DNA of 32,000 nt from the NCBI GenBank assembly GCA_948919095.1, contig CAQYCU010000006.1, positions 13,944 through 45,943 on the forward strand. Reading direction: 5' to 3'. Shown here piece by piece: positions 19,247 through 27,665 of the stretch. The notes beneath the pieces were generated by a model that made no database searches, was not told where the DNA came from, and saw nothing but the letters and a program-made list of their open reading frames with translations. Positions within the stretch are counted from its first letter, which is position 1. Every line of letters starts with the position of its first letter. The translations under genes and the position numbers were made by a program. The stretch is from an uncultured Clostridia bacterium. GTDB taxonomy: Bacteria > Bacillota > Clostridia > TANB77 > CAG-508.

Positions 19247-20693
19247 ATGAAAAGAAAAATTTTAATAATATTGGTTATTTGTTGTTTTTTGTCTGTGAAT
19301 TTTTATATTTGCCTTGCAGGTAGTGATGAGGATATCAAAGTCTGGAGCCCTATCAATAATCAAGATACCTCTTCTAATATAAGTGAAAGTAATGTTTCAA
19401 ATAATACTGTATCAACAAATGTTGCTACAAATGAAACGGGAACATCTGTAATTGAGAATAATACAAATACTGTAAATCAAACTAATGGTTCTATAAGTAA
19501 AAATGTTACAAATCAAACAAATAGTTCTGTAAATAGTACAAATGAGATATTTAATACAAACTCAACTTTAGTTAATAGTACCTCTTTGATAACTAACTCT
19601 ACAACTGTTGAAGATAATCCACTTAAGTTAACTTGTGGTGGTGCTATATTAATTGAGCAAACTTCTGGAAATGTATTATATAATCATAATATGCATGAAA
19701 AATTACGTCCAGCTTCTGTTACAAAGGTTATGTCACTTTTACTTATTATGGAAGCTTTGGATAGTGGAAGAATATCACTTACTGATAAAGTTCCATGTAC
19801 TGAAGATGCAGCTAAAATGGGAGGTTCCCAAATATGGCTTGATACTCGTGAAGAATTAACTGTTGACGAAATGCTAAAAGCTATCTCTGTTGTGTCTGCC
19901 AATGATTGTGTTGTTGCTATGGCAAATTTTCTAGAAGGCTCTCAAGAAGCGTTTGTTATGAAAATGAACGAAAAAGCAAAAGCTCTTGGAATGAATGATA
20001 CTGAATTTAAGAACTGTCATGGAATTGATGAAGATGGACATTTAACTTCTCCTTATGATATTGCTATAATGTCAAGAGAATTACTTGTAAAACATCCACG
20101 GAATTACAAAATATACTACAATTTATATGGATAGTTTACGTGATGGAAAATCACAGTTAGTTAATACTAATAAACTTATCAAAAATTTTGAAGGCTGTAC
20201 TGGTCTTAAAACTGGCTCTACTTCTATTGCTTTATATAACCTTTCTGCTAGTGCTACTAGAAATGGCTTGTCTCTAATTGCTGTTGTTATGAAGGCAGAA
20301 ACTGGCCCTATTAGATTTTCAGAGGCTAGTAAATTATTAAATTATGGTTTTAGTAATTATCAATATAAAGAACTTGCTAAGCAAAATGATGTTGCTAGTC
20401 AATGCACTGTTAATAAAGGTCTTTCTCCTACTGTTGAAGCTGTTTTTGAAAGAGACTATGGTTTAATTCTTCCAAAATCTAACAAGTCTAATATTGACCA
20501 ACAAGTTAACATTGATAATAAAATAAATGCTCCAATTACAAAAGGACAAAAGCTTGGCGAAGTTACTTTTTCAAGTGATGGTAATGTTCTTGGAAGTGTT
20601 AATCTTGTTGCAAGCAATGATGTTGAGAAATACAGTTTCTCTGCAATGTTTAGTAATGTATATGTTAAATGGTTTAGCATGCTTAGGAAATAA
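19247..20693 (+). CDS. D-alanyl-D-alanine carboxypeptidase (DacA/DacF-like, peptidase S11), encoded in two frames joined by a +1 shift at the CGG codon at 20099..20101
   Basis: Signal peptide MKRKILIILVICCFLSVNFYICLAG; catalytic SxxK in ASVTKVM; SxN in VVSANDC; KTG in GLKTGSTS. Frame 1 reads ...SRELLVKHP-CGG-AAT and stops 11 codons on. The +1 frame reads ...HP-[CGGA]-ITKYTTIYMDSLRDGKSQLVNTNKLIKNFEGCTGLKTGSTS, the expected family continuation. Total 481 aa if joined. Confidence 0.85.
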
Positions 20694-20705
20694 ATAATTC
20701 TATAT

Positions 20706-20748
20706 AAAAAGAGCTCTGCTTTAAATCAAAAAAACTTGAGCTCTTTTT
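20706..20748 (+). terminator. Intrinsic terminator after the carboxypeptidase gene, possibly bidirectional
   Basis: AAAAAGAGCTC ... GAGCTCTTTTTT: 10-11-bp stem with a T tract. Confidence 0.75.
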
Positions 20749-20909
20749 TCAATTTATAAAATTATACTAATCTCTATTATTTCTATTTAGTAATATATTC
20801 CTTAAATTTTTCATATACATCTCCTTAATTTAAATAGATATGGTAATATTTTTCAATCACCATATCTACTTTTTTAAGTTCCTATTTGCTATATATTTCT
20901 TCTAAAGTT

Positions 20910-21629
20910 TTATTTTATTTCAAATTCTGTATAAATATACTCACTTTCATCGTTACTAGCAGCCGTGTATGTTTTCTTTGCTATTCTATAAATTCCCTTT
21001 TCTAATTCGCCATAATACTCTGTCCAATTAATTGTAAATTCAACAGTTTGGTGATATAAAGTTGGAATATCCTCTTCATTCGAAATAATCATATCTTTTT
21101 TTTCATTTAAATTTTCCCATTTTCCATTATTTTTCTTCTCAATTGAATACCACTTCTTACTATATCTATAAGGCATTTTATTTTCATCTTTTATAATTAT
21201 TGTAGCTCCGCTTTTGCTTAAAGTTCCATCTTTTATAGTTGATGATACGTTATCTAAAGAAGGTTGGCTAGACTGGTCAGAAGAAGGTGTTCCATTAGAA
21301 TATTTATAATAATATCTATCATACACATTGTTCATGTCATATGTTGTTTTATTATTTGTTTCAAGTTTGCGGGATCCTACTGTCTTTCCATCAAATTCAT
21401 AATATACATTATTTTCAGATGAATTTTCAATTTTATTAGTTCCAAAATTTTGTTGTAAAGTAGATTCATTTTTTGAATATTCAGTTATATTATTTATTTT
21501 TCCCAAACCACTATTGTAAACGTCTTTTTTAAAACATATAATATATATACCTATTGTTATAAGCAATGCTACGATAATTAAAAGAATTAAATTTAATATA
21601 TTAATAAAATTATAATCTTTTTCTTTCAT
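20910..21629 (-). CDS. Membrane-anchored protein with an extracellular C-terminal Ig-like domain
   Basis: Single N-terminal TM (ILNLILLIIVALLITIGIYIICF), polar linker, and KKWYSIEKKNNGKWENL...TVEFTINWTEYYGELEKGIYRIAKKTYT, which resembles bacterial Ig-like domains with the YGxLxxGxYRI signature. Confidence 0.6.
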   Translation of the reverse strand: MKEKDYNFINILNLILLIIVALLITIGIYIICFKKDVYNSGLGKINNITEYSKNESTLQQNFGTNKIENSSENNVYYEFDGKTVGSRKLETNNKTTYDMNNVYDRYYYKYSNGTPSSDQSSQPSLDNVSSTIKDGTLSKSGATIIIKDENKMPYRYSKKWYSIEKKNNGKWENLNEKKDMIISNEEDIPTLYHQTVEFTINWTEYYGELEKGIYRIAKKTYTAASNDESEYIYTEFEIK

Positions 21630-21960
21630 ATAGTTATCTCCTTAATATTTATAGTTTTAAATAAACTTCAGATAATTTACTATATACTATTTCTAACTTC
21701 ACTTATTAAATCTTCTACCGTTACTAATCTAGAATAAGAAGTTTTTTCTATTTTAAAATTAAACTCTTTATTGTCTTTTCTGGATTTTTATTAACATACT
21801 TATAGCATTTGATCCAAATGTCACAAAAATTTAATAATATAGTAACATATTAAAAGCGGACCTAGCTATGGTACACTTTTAATATACTATATAATTTTAC
21901 AACTACCTTTTATTCTTTCAGTGTTTTGTTGTATATAGAATAGAGTTTATTTTTTATGTA

Positions 21961-22797
21961 TTAATTTTCATACCCTATTTCATAATAGTCTCTGTCTGTG
22001 TCAACTATTACATAATGTAAAGGTAACTCACCAAATTCTGTCTGTCCTGCTTGTATACATATAGTGTTTCCAAGCTTTCCATTCCATACGCCGCTAAATT
22101 TTTGTGCCTCGTGGATATGTCCATGTAATGACATATAACTATTACTATTTTTTAAAAATTTTGCAATTGCTTTTGAACCTGGTTTAGACCCATCAAAACA
22201 GTTATCAAGTCCTATTCCAGCTGGTGGATCATGCAAAACATAAATTGCTTTATTTCCCTCTGTTGGTTTAGGCAAACTTTCTAAGCAATCTTCCATTTTA
22301 GGAATCACATTCTCCCTCATTTTTCTCCATTCTTCAACTGTTATATATTTTCCATTTATAAGTATTTTTTCACTAAATTGTTCTGGCATTTCTTGTCCAT
22401 CCTCAACCACAACATGATCTTTTCTCATAAATGGTGTATCTACCACTTTATTAAGTCCTATAAAACTTACTTCATCAATATCTGCTTTTTTTCCATCGAT
22501 ATCAATAATGTTAGGAAACTGTATTATCATTGTATAGTATTCTTTCTCAACAACTTCCATATCGTCATTTCCAAGAATTCCAATAAAATTAATATCCTGT
22601 TCTTGTAACTTTTTATAAAATTCTTTCAAATATCCATTAATAAATTCTCTTTGAAGTGGTTCTCTCTTGTCAGCTTTTTTAGGCAATAGGTCTCCACCAA
22701 ATACAATATTTTTTATATTATTTTGTATCGATAAGTTTAATAATTTTTCAAATTTTTTGATATCTCCATGAATATCACTTGCATAAATAAATTTCAT
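21961..22797 (-). CDS. Calcineurin-like metallophosphoesterase
   Basis: MKFIYASDIHGDIKKFEKLL; IVFGGDLLP; IGILGNDD; YVLHDPPAG; MSLHGHIHEA: the full metallophosphatase motif set. Confidence 0.93.
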   Translation of the reverse strand: MKFIYASDIHGDIKKFEKLLNLSIQNNIKNIVFGGDLLPKKADKREPLQREFINGYLKEFYKKLQEQDINFIGILGNDDMEVVEKEYYTMIIQFPNIIDIDGKKADIDEVSFIGLNKVVDTPFMRKDHVVVEDGQEMPEQFSEKILINGKYITVEEWRKMRENVIPKMEDCLESLPKPTEGNKAIYVLHDPPAGIGLDNCFDGSKPGSKAIAKFLKNSNSYMSLHGHIHEAQKFSGVWNGKLGNTICIQAGQTEFGELPLHYVIVDTDRDYYEIGYEN

Positions 22798-22979
22798 ACT
22801 ATTATACTTTCTTATTATATTTTTTACTTATTATATTATATATTAGATTTTTTTTCAATATTAAATAATTATTTTCTTCTTTATTTATGATATACATTGC
22901 ATCATTTTTTTGAATACTTTTATTTATGTCATATGTTTAGTTCATAATTTCATATTAATTATCATTATTTCAATTTAAA

Positions 22980-23026
22980 AACAACAAAACTGGAATTTGC
23001 AATAGCAAATATCCAGTTTTGTTGTT
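22980..23026 (-). terminator. Strong hairpin downstream of the HIT-domain gene
   Basis: AACAACAAAACTGGA-ATTTGC-AATA-GCAAAT-a-TCCAGTTTTGTTGTT: 15 plus 6 bp with one bulge. T-rich tail on the minus strand. Confidence 0.75.
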
Positions 23027-23045
23027 TGCGGAAATTGGTGGTTGT

Positions 23046-24119
23046 TTAACGCCTAAAATTTTCTCTCTCGGGATAGCCTTTATAGAAAGCGCAGGTGCGC
23101 TTCTGGATACGGCTATCGAAGTTTGCAAAGTTACGCTTCAAGAAATGCCAGATTTGATACAGGGTAGCATGGGTATTCTCTTGGAAGTCATACTTACGCC
23201 AATTATACTGTAATGGTGTGAGTCCCAACTCTTTTGCCATGACCTGCCTCGGGTACTGCCTCTGAACATAGACACTATCGTCGTAGCAGCAGAACCTTTG
23301 ACCATGTGCGCCAACTTTGTAGGCAAAATAGTGTGTGTGCTTGGCAAGGGATAAATCATCTAGCGGTTTCATTTGGATTGCATCCAAGTACTGCTGCTTG
23401 AGTGTGAAGTCAATGACAACATGTGTATGAGCATGTACAATGGACTTTTTGTGCGATGTGAAGCCAGATGGACCACTCCCATGTTCCATAAATACCACTG
23501 GCTTGTCTTCTCCAAATGCGCCCTTCAAGATAGTTTCCACATCTTCGCATACTTGCTCGTACTCTGCATAGATATAGGGGTCATCGATTTGAGCAATGCT
23601 CAGATACTCGTGGTCCTTAGGGACAATCATCAGGTAGCCTGGCTTCAAAGCTCCCAGTTCGCATACAACATAGAAGTTGTGTGACTCATACAAAATGCAA
23701 TCAACTTCTTTTTCAACAGCTCTGTTGTAGTCAACTGTCTTTGTTGCAATGCCTTTGAGATGTGCAATCCCACACAGGATACAGGGCTGTTTTTTCGTAT
23801 CATACTGTTCCCCTGTAGAGCGTTCACCAGGTTCAAATCCGTGCTCATAGCACCACCTGGTAAATTCTTCGCTTCCATTGAAATACACACTTGTTGGTAC
23901 AGGAAGCATGTCTCCACGATACTGGTCCAGCAGTTCTTTGCCCATGTTACCGTTCTGGTAAAAGATAGGTGTCATGTTGCGACTGAATGCTTCTTCAATC
24001 TTTGCGGTCAAACTTGTCAGTTTGGTTGCCTTAATGCAAGTAATCGCTTCAAATTCACCTGCTTCGTTGTACACCTTCCGCCTGTCAGTTACAAGTAACC
24101 AACGTTTTTCTGTTATCAT
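23046..24119 (-). CDS. HIT-domain protein with an additional uncharacterised N-terminal region; compositionally foreign
   Basis: HIT motif HAHTHVVID; CILCGIAHLKG; FYVVCELGALKPGYLMIVPKDHEYLSIAQI. Strong SD GAGGAGGTG. Visibly higher GC and different codon choice from its neighbours. Confidence 0.85.
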   Translation of the reverse strand: MITEKRWLLVTDRRKVYNEAGEFEAITCIKATKLTSLTAKIEEAFSRNMTPIFYQNGNMGKELLDQYRGDMLPVPTSVYFNGSEEFTRWCYEHGFEPGERSTGEQYDTKKQPCILCGIAHLKGIATKTVDYNRAVEKEVDCILYESHNFYVVCELGALKPGYLMIVPKDHEYLSIAQIDDPYIYAEYEQVCEDVETILKGAFGEDKPVVFMEHGSGPSGFTSHKKSIVHAHTHVVIDFTLKQQYLDAIQMKPLDDLSLAKHTHYFAYKVGAHGQRFCCYDDSVYVQRQYPRQVMAKELGLTPLQYNWRKYDFQENTHATLYQIWHFLKRNFANFDSRIQKRTCAFYKGYPERENFRR

Positions 24120-24261
24120 AAAAGCACCTCCTCGTGTCGTAAATTTATAACAGATTTCAGCAAAGCATAAGGCTTCTTTGTAATTAAATTATAACATTTT
24201 TTAACAATAAAGTCAATTTACATGTTAAAAATCATTATTTAATTTATTATTACGTTTTTAT

Positions 24262-24840
24262 TTACATATCAAAGTCAGCTTCTTTTTCTTTTTTCTTGTT
24301 GTATTTATCAAAATCTACATTCCCAACACATAGTATTTGAGAATTTTTTATTTTCCCCTTTGGCATATCAGGTAAAAATACATCTCTAACTTGCCTTAAT
24401 ATTCCCGCATGTGATACAACTAATATTCTAGTATCTTCATCATATTTGTTAAATAAATCTTCAACAAATGATACAACTCTTTTTCTAACTTGTCCAAAAG
24501 TTTCACTTCCTGGTGGATCAATAAAACCTTTTATGTAATTTTCAATAACTTCATCTGAAAAATTGCTATATGGTTGTGCTTCCCATTCTCCTAAGCTTCT
24601 TTCTCGAATACGCGCATCAACAATAGGTCCCTTATGTATTGGCATTGCTGCATCCAATGTTTGGTGTGTTCTTCTTAATGGTGATACATAAATTACATCA
24701 AAATCATCATCTGTATATTGGAAGTTCGCTGCTGTCTCAGCAGCTCCTTCCTCAGTCAAATCTGTTTCAATGTTTCCTGCAAATCGATTTTCTTTATTTA
24801 AAACTGTTTTTCCATGTCTCATAAAAAACACTTTTGGCAT
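24262..24840 (-). CDS. Histidine phosphatase (phosphoglycerate mutase-like) family protein
   Basis: MPKVFFMRHGKTVLNKENRFAGNIETDLTEEG; VIYVSPLRRTHQTLDA; IRERSLGEWEAQP; RILVVSHAGILRQV. Confidence 0.93.
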   Translation of the reverse strand: MPKVFFMRHGKTVLNKENRFAGNIETDLTEEGAAETAANFQYTDDDFDVIYVSPLRRTHQTLDAAMPIHKGPIVDARIRERSLGEWEAQPYSNFSDEVIENYIKGFIDPPGSETFGQVRKRVVSFVEDLFNKYDEDTRILVVSHAGILRQVRDVFLPDMPKGKIKNSQILCVGNVDFDKYNKKKEKEADFDM

Positions 24841-24923
24841 AATATTTTTCCTCCTATTTACCTCATAAATTAATATATATCTTTTAATATATATTTTTAT
24901 AATTAAATTACATATGCTTTTTA

Positions 24924-26702
24924 TTATTCTTCAAAAATTGCATTAAATTCAGCTTCATTAATTTTTTCTTTTTCTAACAACTTATTAGCAATTGTATCAA
25001 GCTTATCCCTATGTTGAATTAACAGAGATTGAGCTTGTTTATATGCATTTTCCATAATTGCCTTGACTTCTCTTCCTATTTCATCTTCTAAGTTATTTCC
25101 AAGTAATTGAATTTGATATGGATCTCTGTCTAGGTTAATTGACATTGGTCCTATTCTTTCACTCATTCCATATACTGTAATCATATCTCTTGCAATTTTC
25201 ATTGCAACTTCTAAATCATTGCTTGCACCAGTTGAAATGTCGTTTAAAGCAATTTTCTCGGCTGCACGTCCACCAAGTAATGATATTAGTTTTTCTTCCA
25301 TTTCAGTTTTTGATATATAGAATTTATCTTCGCTTGATTTATACATTGTATATCCACCCGCAACACCTCTTGGAATAATTGATACTTCTTTAACTGTATC
25401 TTGTGTTGGTAAATATTTACTAACTACTGCATGACCTGCTTCATGATATGCTGTTAATTTTTTGTCTTGTTCAGAAACAACTCTATCTTTCTTTTCAAGT
25501 CCTACAGTAACTTTTTTAACTGCATCTTCAATATCGTTTCTTGATATTGCTTTATGTCTTCTGTTAGCTGCATATATTGCTGCTTCATTTAGTATGTTAG
25601 AAAGTTCTGCTCCACAGAATCCTGCTGTATCCTCAGCAACTGATTTTAAATCAACATCTTCATCTAATTTTTTGTTTTTTGCATGAATTTTTAGTATTTC
25701 TTCTCTATCATGAATATCAGGAAGTCCTATAGTAATTGTTCTATCAAACCTTCCAGCTCTAAGTAAAGCTTCATCTAACATTTCAGGTCTATTTGTTGCA
25801 GCAATTACTATAACTGAAGTATTTGTATCAAATCCATCCATTTTAACAAGTAGTTGATTTAATGTTTGGTTATTTTCTGTATCAGCTCCATTGTTGCTTT
25901 CTCTTCTAGAACCTATTGCATCAATCTCATCTATAAATATTATACATGGTGCAATCTTTTCAGCTTTTTCAAATAATTTTCTAACTCTAGAAGCACCTAG
26001 TCCTGCAAACATTTCGACAAATTCTGAACCACTCATTGATATAAATGGTACATTTGCTTCACCTGCTATAGCCTTTGCTATAAGAGTTTTTCCTGTTCCT
26101 GGTTTACCACAAAGTAGTACTCCTTTTGGAACTCTAGCTCCCATATCAGAATATTTTTTAGGTTCTTTTAGGAAATCTACTATTTCAAGCATTTCTGCTT
26201 TTTCTTCTTTTAAACCAGCTACGTCCAAAAATGATACTTTATCAGTTGCAACATCAGGGTCATATACTTTTCCCTTTTCGCCTATTCCTTGCATTTGTAT
26301 TATTACAATAGCTAATATTATTAATATGATTGTAGGTAATAGCGAGAAGAAAGTATCCATTATTGCAACAACTGGGCTTTGTGGTTTTTGATTAAACTCT
26401 ATATCATTCCCCTCTTGTACTCTATCTTGTACTAATTCTATAAATGCTTGTATATCAGGTACAATACTAGTTTTACTATCCTTTTCGTCAGTACCTTTAT
26501 ATTGTACCTTTATAGATTTAGAACCTGTTTTCATTTCTACCTTTTCAATTTTGCCTTCTTTTATGTCTTTTATTAATTGAGTATATGTTACTTTTTTATC
26601 ATCATCATTTTTACTTTTATTCATTAAAAACATTCCTGCAATTCCAATCGCTATTAATGTTGCGATACATATTACTGTTATGATTATATTTTTTTTGTTC
26701 AT
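24924..26702 (-). CDS. ftsH: ATP-dependent zinc metalloprotease FtsH
   Basis: Two TM segments; VSFLDVAGLKEEK; GVLLCGKPGTGKTLIAKAIAGEA; IIFIDEIDAIG; HEAGHAVVSKYLP. Confidence 0.97.
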   Translation of the reverse strand: MNKKNIIITVICIATLIAIGIAGMFLMNKSKNDDDKKVTYTQLIKDIKEGKIEKVEMKTGSKSIKVQYKGTDEKDSKTSIVPDIQAFIELVQDRVQEGNDIEFNQKPQSPVVAIMDTFFSLLPTIILIILAIVIIQMQGIGEKGKVYDPDVATDKVSFLDVAGLKEEKAEMLEIVDFLKEPKKYSDMGARVPKGVLLCGKPGTGKTLIAKAIAGEANVPFISMSGSEFVEMFAGLGASRVRKLFEKAEKIAPCIIFIDEIDAIGSRRESNNGADTENNQTLNQLLVKMDGFDTNTSVIVIAATNRPEMLDEALLRAGRFDRTITIGLPDIHDREEILKIHAKNKKLDEDVDLKSVAEDTAGFCGAELSNILNEAAIYAANRRHKAISRNDIEDAVKKVTVGLEKKDRVVSEQDKKLTAYHEAGHAVVSKYLPTQDTVKEVSIIPRGVAGGYTMYKSSEDKFYISKTEMEEKLISLLGGRAAEKIALNDISTGASNDLEVAMKIARDMITVYGMSERIGPMSINLDRDPYQIQLLGNNLEDEIGREVKAIMENAYKQAQSLLIQHRDKLDTIANKLLEKEKINEAEFNAIFEE

Positions 26703-26708
26703 CTTTTT

Positions 26709-27665
26709 TTATGTTCCTTTCTCTTCATTTACCTTTTTATTAAGCTTTTCACTTAAATTAGTTGTTCCTTTTTTCAAATTAGAACGTAATATCAAAATTC
26801 CTGCTATCAAGTAAATATATGATACTAATGTAATCATAACTTGAAATTGTGGCATTGTAAAGTTAAAGAATATGTTAGCTATTAAGTATAGTAAGTTTAA
26901 TATTATTGGTAATGTAGTTGATGCAACAGCTATCGCAAAAACTGAATAAAATCTTAGTGGCAAACGTACTAATTTTGTTATTATTAGTCCTAATATTGCT
27001 AATGCTAGAATATCTAATAACATACTTATAAAATATATTATAAATAAAATTATAGAAATATAAACAAAAATTAGAGTATATATTCTATTGTTTTGTAATA
27101 TCTGTACAACGCTATCTTTGTTGACATTTAATTCAATTTGCATATCTTTATATTTATATGTTTCTATTTTGTCTTCTGAATATTTTATCGTTACATTGTA
27201 CTTATTAAATGCAATTGCATATCCATTGTATTCTTTAAATTGTTCCATATATATATTATTGTCTTCAGAGTTATCAAATATAACTTTAACTTTTACAAGA
27301 TCATCTGTATTTTCAATTACTACTGGTTCTTCAATGTCACAAGTAAGTTCATAGTTCGCAAGCGTAAATTCTGGCATCTTCTCAACTATTACATTAGATA
27401 TATTTTTTCCTCCTCGTGCTATTCTATACGTAATTGAAAATGATACTATTATAGCAAATAATGTGAATATTTTAAATAAAAATATTAGTGATTTTGTTAT
27501 ACTCTCAGATGCAATTAAATAATATTTATCAAAGTCAAATATGCTTACTTTTATTTTTCTTAAAAATGACATTTTTACCTTTTTATATTCATTATTATTG
27601 AAACCATTTTGATTACCATTAAGATTGTTTTCTAAGTCATCTTTTTTATCTTCAAACTCTTTCAA
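26709..27665 (-). CDS. DUF1189-like membrane protein
   Basis: FLRKIKVSIFDFDKYYLIASESITKSLIFLFKIF at the N-terminus, extracellular middle domain, C-terminal TM cluster. Confidence 0.65.
   Translation of the reverse strand: MKEFEDKKDDLENNLNGNQNGFNNNEYKKVKMSFLRKIKVSIFDFDKYYLIASESITKSLIFLFKIFTLFAIIVSFSITYRIARGGKNISNVIVEKMPEFTLANYELTCDIEEPVVIENTDDLVKVKVIFDNSEDNNIYMEQFKEYNGYAIAFNKYNVTIKYSEDKIETYKYKDMQIELNVNKDSVVQILQNNRIYTLIFVYISIILFIIYFISMLLDILALAILGLIITKLVRLPLRFYSVFAIAVASTTLPIILNLLYLIANIFFNFTMPQFQVMITLVSYIYLIAGILILRSNLKKGTTNLSEKLNKKVNEEKGT

Noticed and set aside
23019-23213. Plus-strand ORF MLFAEIGGCLTPKIFS... and the other plus ORFs inside 23046..24119
   Set aside because: Antisense to the HIT-domain gene, whose motifs are clear.
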